Below, piece after piece: positions 1-10,296 of a DNA stretch of 64,000 bases. The position numbers were made by a program, and so were the translations under genes. How positions within the stretch are numbered: position 1 is the stretch's first letter; every line of letters begins with the position of its first letter. Source of the DNA: an uncultured Methanosarcinales archaeon (lineage in GTDB: Archaea; Nanobdellota; Nanobdellia; Woesearchaeales; GW2011-AR15); assembly GCA_964512765.1 (NCBI GenBank), contig CAZEKF010000001.1, positions 66,366 through 130,365 on the forward strand, read 5' to 3'. Below the pieces are notes generated by a model. It ran no database searches. It saw nothing but the letters and a program-made list of their open reading frames with translations, and was not told the DNA's origin.

Positions 1-1415
1 ATAACATTATACTGAACCTTCCAGAAGTCGGCTCTCCAAAACAAAAAAAGTTGCCGTTTAATGAAAGGTTAAAATGGACTTTGATAGTTCTTGTTTTATT
101 TTTCGTGCTAGGAATGATACCGTTATGGCCACTTGGCCAGAACACATTAGCACAGTTTGAATATTTATCAATTATTTTAGGCGCGGAGTTTGGCTCACTA
201 TTATCTTTAGGTATTGGACCTATTGTTACAGGGTCTATTATTTTACAGTTGCTTAACGGAGCAGGAATATTAAAGTTTGACTTAACATCTCATGAAGGCA
301 AACAAAGATACCAAGGAATACAAAAACTAGTATCCTTATTTTTCATTATATTCGAAGCTATTATTTACGTTTTCATGGGCGGGATTTCAGTGCCGGCAGG
401 AATAGCGTCTATGTTTCAGATGCAGTTATTACTTGTTTTCCAGTTATTTTTGGGTGGTTTAATTGTATTGTTCATGGACGAGATTGTAAGCAAATGGGGG
501 TTTGGCTCAGGAATTAGTTTGTTCATAGCAGCAGGCATTAGTAAACAAATTTTCATTAGACTGTTTTCATTTACAGATACAGTAGGTAACATGTTTTGGG
601 AAACATCATTCCAAGGACCTGTGGTAGGTCAATTATGGGGCACGATTGGTTCTTTGACAACAGGAGATGGTCAAGGTGCGTTAATAGGTATTGTTACAAT
701 TGCTGCGACATTCATCGTATTTGCAATTGCTGTTTATTCGCAGGCAATGAAGATTGAAATTCCATTGTCTTTTGGTAGAGTTAGAGGGCATGGTATTAGA
801 TGGCCTTTGCAGTTTATTTATACAAGTAACATGCCAGTTATCTTAGTTGCGTCATTGTTTGCAACATTACAGTTATGGGTTAGATTGTTGCAGAACTGGA
901 CAGGGGGTAATCCTTTACCTATATTGGGCGGGTTTGCACAAGGTAATGTTCCAGTAGGTTTAATGGCGGTTTTACAAGGACCAAACTTAGTACAAGCCAT
1001 GATCCAAAGCGGCGGCCAATGGTCAATCATTGCACCAGTGTTGTTTAACTCACTTATTTACATTATATTAATGATCGGCGGCGCGGTTTTATTTTCAATA
1101 TTCTGGGTGCAAACTTCGGGTCAAGATTCTAAAAGTTTAGCAGAACAAATAATGTCGTCAGGACTGCAAATACCTGGGTTTAGAAAAGATAAACGTATCC
1201 TACAACGGATCCTGGACAGGTACATCATGCCGCTTACTGTAATGGGTGGACTAGTGGTTGGATTTTTAGCAGCAACCGCAGATTTAATGGGTGCACTGTC
1301 TCGAGGAACAGGAATTTTACTTACTGTCATGATTGTGTATAAACTGTACGAAGACATTGCACGTGAGCACATGTACGATATGAACCCAATGGTTAGAAAA
1401 TTCATGGGGAAATAG
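1..1415 (+). CDS. secY: Preprotein translocase subunit SecY (5'-partial; the reading frame is open back to window position 3)
   Basis: 10-TM profile. In-frame upstream translation NIILNLPEVGSPKQKKLPFNERLKW gives the conserved SecY N-terminus (LPEV). The TTG start at 51 in the ORF track is an artefact of the window edge. Confidence 0.85.
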   Translation, partial: NIILNLPEVGSPKQKKLPFNERLKWTLIVLVLFFVLGMIPLWPLGQNTLAQFEYLSIILGAEFGSLLSLGIGPIVTGSIILQLLNGAGILKFDLTSHEGKQRYQGIQKLVSLFFIIFEAIIYVFMGGISVPAGIASMFQMQLLLVFQLFLGGLIVLFMDEIVSKWGFGSGISLFIAAGISKQIFIRLFSFTDTVGNMFWETSFQGPVVGQLWGTIGSLTTGDGQGALIGIVTIAATFIVFAIAVYSQAMKIEIPLSFGRVRGHGIRWPLQFIYTSNMPVILVASLFATLQLWVRLLQNWTGGNPLPILGGFAQGNVPVGLMAVLQGPNLVQAMIQSGGQWSIIAPVLFNSLIYIILMIGGAVLFSIFWVQTSGQDSKSLAEQIMSSGLQIPGFRKDKRILQRILDRYIMPLTVMGGLVVGFLAATADLMGALSRGTGILLTVMIVYKLYEDIAREHMYDMNPMVRKFMGK

Positions 1416-1471
1416 TCATATTTAAATAACACCTTTCGTTCTTTTTAGACAATAAACGGGGGTAATTAACA

Positions 1472-4330
1472 TTGGTTAAAGAAAAAACAGATGATGACAT
1501 TACACTTGACTTTTCATGGTTAAAAAATATACTTCCAAAAAAAACAGATACACAAGAAAGTACTGATGAAGATGTTACACTTGATTTGAGTAAAACATCA
1601 GGTTTTCTAAAAAAATATGCTGTGTTTTTCTTATTATTAATACCTATTATTTTATCGATTCATATTAGAACATTGCCAGCAAATTTGCCAATGGCAGATG
1701 ACTGGGCAAGACAAGGCATTTATACTAATATAAGAAACAATGTCGCTGCTCAGGTTAACCAGCAATACCCTCATTTACCGGACCAGACTAAACAAAGTAT
1801 GATTGATGAACAATTTGCGTTAGCGGTTTCTCAACAACAGGTACAAATTGAACAAGCAGTTGTTACGCAAGCAGAAGGGTTAAAGCAAAGGTTCAGAGAC
1901 GAATCTGGTGAGACTTATTTGGGAGATATAGACTCGTACTTTTGGACAAGGTATGCTAATAATTTAGTTGAAAAAGGAATATACGCAGACGAGTTTCGAG
2001 ATGGAGAACCGTATGATAACCATATGTCTGCCCCTAATGGTCTTAAAGTTGAACCCAACCTGTACCCCTATTTAGAGGCATATTTATATAAATTTTTAAG
2101 ATTGTTTAATCCAAAGGTAAGTATACTTAAAGCATCTTTTTTAACACCGTTATTTTTATCATTTTTTGCAATAATAGCTGCATTTTTCATCGGTAAAAAA
2201 CTATCAGGAGATTTAGCTGGATTCATCGCATCAATACTTATTGCAGTTAACCCGACAGTCTTAAGTAGGTCATTAGGATCTGATAATGACGTTGTAAACG
2301 CAGTGTTTCCTTTGTTAATAATGTTATTTACCATATACGCGTTTGACTCTAAAAATACTAACAAGACAATTATTTACGCAGCAATAACAGGACTGTTAAC
2401 CGGACTGTACAGTTTTGCATGGTCAGGATGGTGGTTCATGTTCTTGTTCATTATTGGTGCAGGAGTTATTTACATGGGCTATATAGGTGTTTATGAAACT
2501 ATTAGCAAAGGTAAAACAATTGACAATCTCTTGAGTAATAAAAAACTTAAATTGATTGTTGTGTTACTTAGTATATTTTTAGCATCGACTTTTATTTCAT
2601 TAACCATTTTTGGAAATAGTGGTTTGTTTTTAAGAGCATTGTACAGAAACCCTGTTAAGATTGTTACAATACAACAAGCAGCTCGAGGGATAAGTATATG
2701 GCCGAACGTTTACACTACAGTTGCTGAACTAAATGCAGCAAACTTCCCAACTATTGCCAGTAGTTTAGGTGGTAAAACATTTTTATGGTTAGCTTTAATA
2801 GGTACGATCCTTGCATTGGTTAATTTTGGTAGTGAAAGTAAAAAAACTTCAAGAATAAGTATGATCTTTTTGGCTGCTTCGGTACTGTATTATTTGATTT
2901 TTATTGAAATGTCATTAACAAACAATTTTAACATTATTGTTCAGATGGCATTATTATCGATACCTTTATTCGTTGGTTTGTTATTGTCTGCAATGTATAG
3001 TTACAAACTTGAACCAATACATTCAATTTTAATGGTTATCTGGTTCATGGCTACAATATACGCAGCTACAAAAGGTATTAGGTTTATTTTGTTGATCATC
3101 CCTGCGTTTGTTATTTCGTTTTCCACTTTAATTAATTCGTTAGTTGACTGGACAGCAAAGCTAACAAGTAAGTCTTTAGACCTGAACATATCCATACCAA
3201 AAGTAATTTTTACAGTAATTGCATTACTTTTACTTGTTCAACCAATCAGAGTAGGTAGAGCAACTGCTTATAGTTATGTGCCAAGTGTTAACGATGCCTG
3301 GGTTGAAACATTAACAAAAATAAAAACAGAGTCTGCACCAGATGCAATTGTTAATTCATGGTGGGACTTTGGTCATTGGTTCAAATATTGGGCAGATAGG
3401 CAAGTAACGTTTGACGGTGCTTCTCAGAATAGTCAACAAGCGCACTGGATTGGTAAAGTGTTACTTACTGATGATGAGGACCAAGCAGTTGCAATATTAA
3501 GAATGTTGGATTGTGGGGGCATAAAGGCTGAACAAAAATTAACTAAACTGACAGAAGACACATACGAAACAGTACAATTATTGTATAGTTTTTTTGAAAT
3601 GACTGAGTCAGAGGTTAAGACAGAACTATTAAAATTAACAGATCAAACAAAAGCAGACGAAATTGTTTCTTACATGTTTTGTGAACCTCCTGAAAATTAT
3701 TTTATAACTTCTGGTGACATGGTAGGTAAATCTGGTGTCTGGGCACATTTTGGAAGCTGGAACTTCCAGAGGGCAAAAATATACAGTTATTTTAAATCAA
3801 TGACCTTGACAGAGTTTTCACAAACTTTAACAACAGAATTTGGATATACTGAACAAGATGCGCAAAGAATTTTTTACGAACTAACATCACTAATAACAGA
3901 TAGGGAAATTAACAACTGGATAGCACCGTGGCCAAGCTACGGCGGAGTTATATCTTGTTCAAGAGATAATAGGACTCTGACGTGTAATGTTCCAGCAAAC
4001 AACCAGAATGTTCCAATGCAAATTAATCTTGATACAAAAGAAGCGTCTGTTGAATCTAATAATGACCAAACCTTCCATCCTTACAAGTTCGCATACCTCG
4101 ATGATAACAATGAACTGATAACTAAAACATATAATGAAAACCATCTAGGATACGGACTTGTGTTGTTAGGAGAGTCAAGTGTTTTGTTCATGGCGCCAGA
4201 GTTGACAGGTAGCATGTTTACAAGGATGTTTTACTTAGATGGCCGTGGTTTAAATTATTTTAATAAGTTTCACGATACAAGAGATATAGCAGGCAGCAGG
4301 ATAATTACTTGGAAACTTGACTGGCAGTAA
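1472..4330 (+). CDS. aglB: Archaeal oligosaccharyltransferase AglB (STT3 homolog)
   Basis: 952 aa. N-terminal polytopic domain plus a large C-terminal domain. WWDFGHW (WWDYG) catalytic motif. A TTG start is preceded by a GGGGGT Shine-Dalgarno-like site. Confidence 0.85.
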   Translation: MVKEKTDDDITLDFSWLKNILPKKTDTQESTDEDVTLDLSKTSGFLKKYAVFFLLLIPIILSIHIRTLPANLPMADDWARQGIYTNIRNNVAAQVNQQYPHLPDQTKQSMIDEQFALAVSQQQVQIEQAVVTQAEGLKQRFRDESGETYLGDIDSYFWTRYANNLVEKGIYADEFRDGEPYDNHMSAPNGLKVEPNLYPYLEAYLYKFLRLFNPKVSILKASFLTPLFLSFFAIIAAFFIGKKLSGDLAGFIASILIAVNPTVLSRSLGSDNDVVNAVFPLLIMLFTIYAFDSKNTNKTIIYAAITGLLTGLYSFAWSGWWFMFLFIIGAGVIYMGYIGVYETISKGKTIDNLLSNKKLKLIVVLLSIFLASTFISLTIFGNSGLFLRALYRNPVKIVTIQQAARGISIWPNVYTTVAELNAANFPTIASSLGGKTFLWLALIGTILALVNFGSESKKTSRISMIFLAASVLYYLIFIEMSLTNNFNIIVQMALLSIPLFVGLLLSAMYSYKLEPIHSILMVIWFMATIYAATKGIRFILLIIPAFVISFSTLINSLVDWTAKLTSKSLDLNISIPKVIFTVIALLLLVQPIRVGRATAYSYVPSVNDAWVETLTKIKTESAPDAIVNSWWDFGHWFKYWADRQVTFDGASQNSQQAHWIGKVLLTDDEDQAVAILRMLDCGGIKAEQKLTKLTEDTYETVQLLYSFFEMTESEVKTELLKLTDQTKADEIVSYMFCEPPENYFITSGDMVGKSGVWAHFGSWNFQRAKIYSYFKSMTLTEFSQTLTTEFGYTEQDAQRIFYELTSLITDREINNWIAPWPSYGGVISCSRDNRTLTCNVPANNQNVPMQINLDTKEASVESNNDQTFHPYKFAYLDDNNELITKTYNENHLGYGLVLLGESSVLFMAPELTGSMFTRMFYLDGRGLNYFNKFHDTRDIAGSRIITWKLDWQ

Positions 4331-4332
4331 AA

Positions 4333-4686
4333 ATGAACAGATCAAAAGGCATTATTTTAATGTTTATTTGTACTATTTTTACAGCCATTGGTCAAATATT
4401 ATTGAAAAAAGGCACCGACATACTTGTTTTTGACATTATTTCAATAATTACAAATTTTCCTTTAATACTTGGTGTGTTCTTTTATGCTCTTGGAGCGTTA
4501 CTATTAATTTATGCGTTAAAACATGGTGAATTAAATGTTTTGTATCCTATTGTTTCACTTACTTTTGTCTGGGTAATTATGTTGTCTTATGTTTTTTTGA
4601 ATGAAACAGTATCATTTTCTAAAATAACAGGGACCAGCACAATACTACTTGGCGTGCTTTTAATAACAAAAGGTGGTAAGAAATGA
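4333..4686 (+). CDS. Small 4-TM membrane protein, SMR/EamA-like (ArnE/ArnF-type flippase subunit candidate)
   Basis: 117 aa with 4 predicted TM helices. It is paired with a paralog through an ATGA overlap, as in heterodimeric small-multidrug-resistance-family lipid-sugar flippases. It sits in a glycosylation locus. Confidence 0.4.
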   Translation: MNRSKGIILMFICTIFTAIGQILLKKGTDILVFDIISIITNFPLILGVFFYALGALLLIYALKHGELNVLYPIVSLTFVWVIMLSYVFLNETVSFSKITGTSTILLGVLLITKGGKK

Positions 4687-5024
4687 TAGATCCAATGGTT
4701 TTTGCTTTTATTATTCCAGCAATATTTTTCGGAGGTTATGCGTCTTTATTTCTTAAAAAAGGTGCAGAAAAATTCACATTGAACCCAAAATATATTATGA
4801 AAAACATTACAATTTTCATTGGCATATTTTTTTACGGTTGTTCAATGATTTTGTACATTTTTGCATTGAAATACGGAGAACTCTCAGTTGTATATCCTTT
4901 AACATCATTTTCATACATACTTGTTGCTATTCTTTCTGTTAAAAAACTCAAAGAAAAAATGAACAAGTTTAAGTGGTTAGGGATAATCTTTATAATATTA
5001 GGCTCGTTCTTAGTGGTTAGTTAA
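4683..5024 (+). CDS. Small 4-TM membrane protein, SMR/EamA-like (second subunit)
   Basis: 113 aa. Same architecture as the upstream gene (LKYGELSVVYP vs LKHGELNVLYP). Confidence 0.4.
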   Translation: MIDPMVFAFIIPAIFFGGYASLFLKKGAEKFTLNPKYIMKNITIFIGIFFYGCSMILYIFALKYGELSVVYPLTSFSYILVAILSVKKLKEKMNKFKWLGIIFIILGSFLVVS

Positions 5025-5026
5025 AA

Positions 5027-5974
5027 ATGGAAACAATTATGGTTACAGGGGGTGCAGGATTTGTAGGTAGTCATGTTTGTGATGCCTTACTCAAAAATGG
5101 AAAAAAAGTTGTATGCGTGGATAATTTTAATGATTATTATTCACCAGATATCAAAAAGAGAAACATTAAACATAATCTGGACAATGGAAAATTTGTCTTA
5201 GAAAAAGTTGACATTACAGATTTTGAGAGGTTAAAGCAAGTTTTTGAAAAACATAACATAACAAAAACAATACATTTAGCAGCAAGAGCAGGCGTCAGAC
5301 CGTCACTAAGTAATCCTAGACTTTATTTTAAAGTTAATGTTGAAGGTACATTAAATTTGTTAGAACTTTCTAAAGAATTTAACATTAAGACGTTTATTTT
5401 TGGTTCTTCGTCTTCAGTTTATGGGAATAATGAAAAAACTCCATTCTCAGAAAAAGATGTGACAGAAAACCAGATAAGTCCGTACGCAAGCTCTAAAAAA
5501 GCAGGAGAATTATTGTGTAAAACATATTCACATTTACACAATTTGAATATAACGTGTTTAAGATTTTTCACTGTTTATGGTCCTAGAGGGAGACCAGATA
5601 TGGCACCATATAAATTTACAGATTTAATTTCAAATGGAGAACAGATTGAAATGTACGGAGACGGAACTTCAAAAAGAGATTATACTTATGTGGAAGAGAT
5701 TGTTCAAGGCATTTTAAGTGCATTAGAAAAAAGTTTCAAGTTTGAAGTCATTAATCTCGGTAATTCAAACCCAACCGAGTTAAAAAGATTTATTGAAATT
5801 ATTGAAGAAGCTTTGAATAAAAAAGCTCATATTATTGAGAAACCTATGCCAAAAGGAGACGTTAACATTACTTATGCAGACATTTCAAAAGCCAAGAATT
5901 TGCTTAACTACGATCCTAAAACAAACATTGAACAAGGAATGAAAAAGTTTGTTGAATGGTATCTTTCTCAATAA
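5027..5974 (+). CDS. NAD-dependent nucleotide-sugar epimerase/dehydratase (extended SDR)
   Basis: GGAGFVGSH Rossmann motif, catalytic YASSK (YxxxK), 315 aa. Confidence 0.8.
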   Translation: METIMVTGGAGFVGSHVCDALLKNGKKVVCVDNFNDYYSPDIKKRNIKHNLDNGKFVLEKVDITDFERLKQVFEKHNITKTIHLAARAGVRPSLSNPRLYFKVNVEGTLNLLELSKEFNIKTFIFGSSSSVYGNNEKTPFSEKDVTENQISPYASSKKAGELLCKTYSHLHNLNITCLRFFTVYGPRGRPDMAPYKFTDLISNGEQIEMYGDGTSKRDYTYVEEIVQGILSALEKSFKFEVINLGNSNPTELKRFIEIIEEALNKKAHIIEKPMPKGDVNITYADISKAKNLLNYDPKTNIEQGMKKFVEWYLSQ

Positions 5975-5982
5975 TTCGAAAA

Positions 5983-7230
5983 ATGACAGATGTTTTTATG
6001 ACATTTAGTGCTATTGTACTGTTTATTCTTTTCATGTTTCTTTTTTTTCAGTTTGTTATCATCATAATTTCCTTTTTTAGAAAAAAGGTTAAGATTAACT
6101 ACGAACCAAAAATTAGTGTTGTTATTCCATGTTACAATGAAGAAAGAAACATTATGAAGTGTTTAAATTCTGTGTTCGCCTCAAATTATGATAAAAAAAA
6201 AATTGAAGTTATTGTTGTAGATGATGGAAGCACAGATAATACAGTAACTCTGCTGAAAAAACATAGTAAGAAAATTAGAATAATTGCAGGAAAACACCAA
6301 GGAAAATCAGTAAGCTTGAATCTTGGATGTAAAAAAGCAAAACACGATTATATTTTAACAATCGATGCTGACGTTATCCTTGATAAAAACGCCATTAGAA
6401 GGATAGTAAGACCATTCAAAGATAAAAACGTTGGTGCAGTGAACGGATCATCACTAATAAGGAACTCAAACACAGTGCTAACGTGGTTCCAGAAGTTGGA
6501 ATATTTGCTTAACAACCATATTAGAAAAAGTTTCTCAGATGTTTTTAACAATAGTGTATGGTTTTTTGGTGCATTTGCATGTTACAGAAAATCACTTTTA
6601 CAGAAAATCAAGTATTTTAAACAGGACACTTTGACTGAAGACATGGAAATTTCGTTAGGTATTTACTACCAAAGTTATAAAATTAAACATGTTTATGATG
6701 CAATAGGTTACACATTAGCACCTAACACAATTAAAGAGATAATTAAACAAAGAACTAGGTGGTGGTTAGGTGGGTTACAGGCACTTAATAAACATCGGAA
6801 ATTATTTTCAAGAAAATCGAATTTTTCAATACTTTTTTTGTTCATTAACCAGTATTGGTGGACAATCTACGCTTTTCTGGCCATACCAATTATAGTATAC
6901 CAATACAATTTTTGGTTAAGTACAAACCTAGGTTCCTTTTCTCAACTGTTTTGGTACACATTTAGATGGTTTAGCCTGTTTGGTCCTGTGCATGTTTTAT
7001 ACATGATTCCGAAATGGGGCATATCCTTTATCAGTATTTTCGGTGTTTTGTCAGGAATAATAACTTCAATTAACTTATTAATTTCAATAAAATTATTCAA
7101 GGAAAAACAAAATCTAAGTAATTTAGTTGCTCTTTTGTTCTATTTTCCATATACAATTTTGCTTAACTTTATAATCGTGTTAAGTGTCTTTCGAGCACTT
7201 TTTTCTAAAAACAATTATTTTGTTAACTAA
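5983..7230 (+). CDS. Membrane-bound processive family-2 glycosyltransferase (QxxRW type)
   Basis: VVIPCYNEE, DDGSTDNT, DAD, and QRTRWWLGG (QxxRW) motifs, then C-terminal TM helices. Start moved from 5956 to the in-frame ATG at 5983 to remove overlap with the epimerase. Confidence 0.7.
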   Translation: MTDVFMTFSAIVLFILFMFLFFQFVIIIISFFRKKVKINYEPKISVVIPCYNEERNIMKCLNSVFASNYDKKKIEVIVVDDGSTDNTVTLLKKHSKKIRIIAGKHQGKSVSLNLGCKKAKHDYILTIDADVILDKNAIRRIVRPFKDKNVGAVNGSSLIRNSNTVLTWFQKLEYLLNNHIRKSFSDVFNNSVWFFGAFACYRKSLLQKIKYFKQDTLTEDMEISLGIYYQSYKIKHVYDAIGYTLAPNTIKEIIKQRTRWWLGGLQALNKHRKLFSRKSNFSILFLFINQYWWTIYAFLAIPIIVYQYNFWLSTNLGSFSQLFWYTFRWFSLFGPVHVLYMIPKWGISFISIFGVLSGIITSINLLISIKLFKEKQNLSNLVALLFYFPYTILLNFIIVLSVFRALFSKNNYFVN

Positions 7231-7317
7231 CCGTGGTGAAAAACGACCCAAAAATAGTAAAACTTTTATAAAGTTCCTGTCTTCTATGATAGAAGTATAG
7301 ACAATTACAGATGAACA

Positions 7318-8661
7318 ATGGAAAACATAATAATAAGTATTGTTAGTTTTTACCTTAATATAGGCCAAGCAGTGTTTAATTTCTATGTTACTTATTCCAG
7401 ATTAATCTTGGATTATATGCATTTTATTTTTAATTCTGCGTTTTATGTTGTGTTATCAGTCACAGTGATCTTAACTTTTATGTATCTTTTAATGGGCATT
7501 GTTTTGATGTTTAGAAAAACAAAACAAAGAGAAAAACCAGCACCAAAATCAAAATTGCCGTTTGTAACAATTCAAATTCCGACATTTAACGAATTAGCTG
7601 CGCTTAATTGTGCAAAAAAATGTTTGAACTTAGATTATCCGAAAAATAAGTTTGAAATATTAATAGGAGACGATAGCTCAGACAAATTAGTTTCAAAAGA
7701 AATTAACACATTTGCAAAGAAACATGTAAGAGTTAAAGTAACAAGAAGAGGATCGAATATAGGATTTAAACCAGGTAATTTGAACCACATGTTAAAATTT
7801 ACAAAAGGACAGTATATAGTTATTTTTGATTCAGACTTTTTACCTGAAAAAGATTTCTTGAAAAGGATCATCGCACCATTTGTACACGACGAATCTGTTT
7901 CAACTGTGCAAGCTAGGTGGATCACAAAAAATTTCTCTCAAAACCTTGTATCCATAATAGGGGGGACAATCCCTTTACTGACTCATTATTTGGGCATGCC
8001 TTTCCTTAACTTAATAAAAGGTAACACCTTCATAGCAGGATCAGCAGAAGCAATTAAGAAATCAGATTTAATTGAACAAGGCGGATGGACATCGGGATCA
8101 TTAACAGAAGACATTGAATATTCATTAAGATTAACAAAAGCAGGTAAAAAAATGATTTATCTGGAAAATTTACATTGCGAATGTGAAGCACCTTTTACTA
8201 TTAAAGACCTTGGAAAACAACAAAAAAGATGGGCGTATGGCGTTGTTTCTGCAATAAAAAAACATTTTTTTAATATAATCAAGAACAATAGAATATCTTT
8301 TAACAACAAATTTAACATGTTTTTGTTATTATCTGGGTATGTTGTTACATTCTTGTTCTTTTTACTTGGTGTTTTAGGAATGTTGTCAATTATAACTCAC
8401 CGGCCAGAAGCAATTAACTGGACAAAACTTGTTTCAGAGACAACCCTTAACATACTGTTGACATCAGGATTTTTAGCAACAATGTTGATTGTGCTTATGT
8501 TGGGTAATAAAGCAAAAGAAAGTTTTAAATTAATACTTGCTTCATTTACAGTTGGCATGTTTGTTATATTCCTTGTTACAGAAGGTATTTTCAAAGCAAT
8601 TCTTGATAGACCAATGCATTGGTTCATGTTAACAAAAAAAGGGAACGAGTTTAGTATTTAG
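7318..8661 (+). CDS. Membrane-bound processive family-2 glycosyltransferase (QxxRW type), second copy
   Basis: IQIPTFNE, DDSSDK, DSDF, QQKRWAYG (QxxRW), and C-terminal TM bundle. The true start is probably an internal Met. Confidence 0.7.
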   Translation: MENIIISIVSFYLNIGQAVFNFYVTYSRLILDYMHFIFNSAFYVVLSVTVILTFMYLLMGIVLMFRKTKQREKPAPKSKLPFVTIQIPTFNELAALNCAKKCLNLDYPKNKFEILIGDDSSDKLVSKEINTFAKKHVRVKVTRRGSNIGFKPGNLNHMLKFTKGQYIVIFDSDFLPEKDFLKRIIAPFVHDESVSTVQARWITKNFSQNLVSIIGGTIPLLTHYLGMPFLNLIKGNTFIAGSAEAIKKSDLIEQGGWTSGSLTEDIEYSLRLTKAGKKMIYLENLHCECEAPFTIKDLGKQQKRWAYGVVSAIKKHFFNIIKNNRISFNNKFNMFLLLSGYVVTFLFFLLGVLGMLSIITHRPEAINWTKLVSETTLNILLTSGFLATMLIVLMLGNKAKESFKLILASFTVGMFVIFLVTEGIFKAILDRPMHWFMLTKKGNEFSI

Positions 8662-8664
8662 AGA

Positions 8665-8928
8665 ATGTCAAAGAAAAAAGATTTTTTCTATGCAAAAACA
8701 GCGTTTTATTTAAGTTTAGGCTTCTGGATACCTTTATTTAATGTTGCGATGTCAATTTTATCAATTTACTTTGCATTTAAGGCCTTGAAATTGATTGATA
8801 AACACCCTGAAAAATACAGTGGCAGAAAATATACAATAATCGCGCTAGTTTTAAGTTTGTCTTCTTTATTATTAATGATTGTGGGCGGAGTAGGATATTT
8901 AGTTTTAAGAAGAGGTTTATTAACCTAA
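8665..8928 (+). CDS. Small 2-TM membrane protein, function unknown
   Basis: 87 aa, two hydrophobic helices, tightly spaced after the GT2 gene. Confidence 0.3.
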   Translation: MSKKKDFFYAKTAFYLSLGFWIPLFNVAMSILSIYFAFKALKLIDKHPEKYSGRKYTIIALVLSLSSLLLMIVGGVGYLVLRRGLLT

Positions 8929-10296
8929 ATACTCCCAAATTTCAACTTTGCCAGAATCGTATATTTTATTGAAATGTTTGCTATTGTCTAATATTAAAAG
9001 GATGCCCTCGTCTTCTTTTTCCCATACTTGTCCCTGTTTCATTTTATCATTAATCCAGACATAACGTAACTGATTTTTGTTAAAAAAAGAAGTTATTTTG
9101 TTTAAGTCTCGAGATGAAAAAACGCCTGTTGTTTTGTTAATTCGTGTTTTGTCCCTTGAATACAAATAATACGTTTTGTCAGTGTATGTTCCAAATCCAG
9201 AAACAGCAGTTATCATGAAACCATAATTGTGATGAGATAACACTTTTTCTTTTTCCTGATTTTTTTTGAGCCATTCTAAACTTGTTATTTCACTTTGACT
9301 AGGTCCGAATTCAGAAAATCTTTTGATGTATGATCCAGATGAAAATATTAAACCGCAAAAGAGTAAAATCACAACATAACTTTTCAGAGTTTGAGATATC
9401 CATTTCCTTTTTATAAGGGTTTTCAAAGCTAACCCACCATAATATGCTAGGTAAACATCAACAAAAAGTAGAATGTTTTTATTGAACATAGAAGATACGA
9501 TCAAAGCTAATAAACTAGCATAGAATATTGTTTGTTCATTTTTATTTTTCCATGAAACAATTAAACCTATGCTTGCAATAAGTAGCCCGAACACGCCGAA
9601 ACCGGTTTTTGCACCAAAATCAGAAATAAATTCTGTTAACAAACTATAAATAGAGTAACTATGCGGGACATAATTGTTTACAGTTATGAAAATATATGTT
9701 GTTAATAATATTCCTGCAATGGGTAGTATGGGTTTTATGTTTCGATTTCTTTCATAAACAATGGTTAACATAATTAAAATCACGACAAACATGCTAGGAT
9801 TCACTGCGAATGAAATCAAGAGAGAACCAATACTTAACATATGTCTATTGTTAAGCACAAACAAAGTTCCAAACAGTAAAAACATGAATGATAAATAAAC
9901 TAAATTATGCGTAGTATGTACGTGAATAAATACAGGTGATAATACTATTAAAATAAGCGTAATAAACCGTTGTCTTTTATCTTTTTTAATTATTTTTTTA
10001 AATATTAAATACAACAAAATTATGTTTATTATGCTTGTTAGGAAGGGAATCAACCTGAGCAGGAAAACATAGTTTTCAAACAAAGAAAAAACATAATCTG
10101 TTGGATGATTAAAAATTGGATTTTTTATTCCATTGTTTTTTATTAAGCTTATTGCAGAAATATGAGAATACTGATCATAATCAGGTAATACTTGTGTATT
10201 ATACAATCGCAGAGAATGTAACAAAACAAATAAAGAAGTGGAAAAAATTAACAATAATAGCAAATGCTTTATTTCTATTTCTTTCATTATTGACAC
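8920..10296 (-). CDS. Polytopic membrane protein, GT-C-like glycosyltransferase candidate (PMT/ArnT-like fold)
   Basis: About 10 TM helices followed by an approximately 130-aa soluble C-terminal domain. Cluster context with a Dol-P-sugar synthase. Confidence 0.4.
   Translation of the reverse strand: MSIMKEIEIKHLLLLLIFSTSLFVLLHSLRLYNTQVLPDYDQYSHISAISLIKNNGIKNPIFNHPTDYVFSLFENYVFLLRLIPFLTSIINIILLYLIFKKIIKKDKRQRFITLILIVLSPVFIHVHTTHNLVYLSFMFLLFGTLFVLNNRHMLSIGSLLISFAVNPSMFVVILIMLTIVYERNRNIKPILPIAGILLTTYIFITVNNYVPHSYSIYSLLTEFISDFGAKTGFGVFGLLIASIGLIVSWKNKNEQTIFYASLLALIVSSMFNKNILLFVDVYLAYYGGLALKTLIKRKWISQTLKSYVVILLFCGLIFSSGSYIKRFSEFGPSQSEITSLEWLKKNQEKEKVLSHHNYGFMITAVSGFGTYTDKTYYLYSRDKTRINKTTGVFSSRDLNKITSFFNKNQLRYVWINDKMKQGQVWEKEDEGILLILDNSKHFNKIYDSGKVEIWEYLG

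Noticed and set aside
818-1432. Antisense ORFs inside secY (818..1030, 1121..1432), and similar short antisense or internal ORFs in the track (e.g. 2068..2364, 3001..3195, 6348..6551, 7635..7925, 22373..22564, 43261..44958 and others)
   Set aside because: They are fully embedded in well-supported genes on the opposite strand or in other frames, have no recognisable motifs, and show atypical composition. They are treated as spurious.
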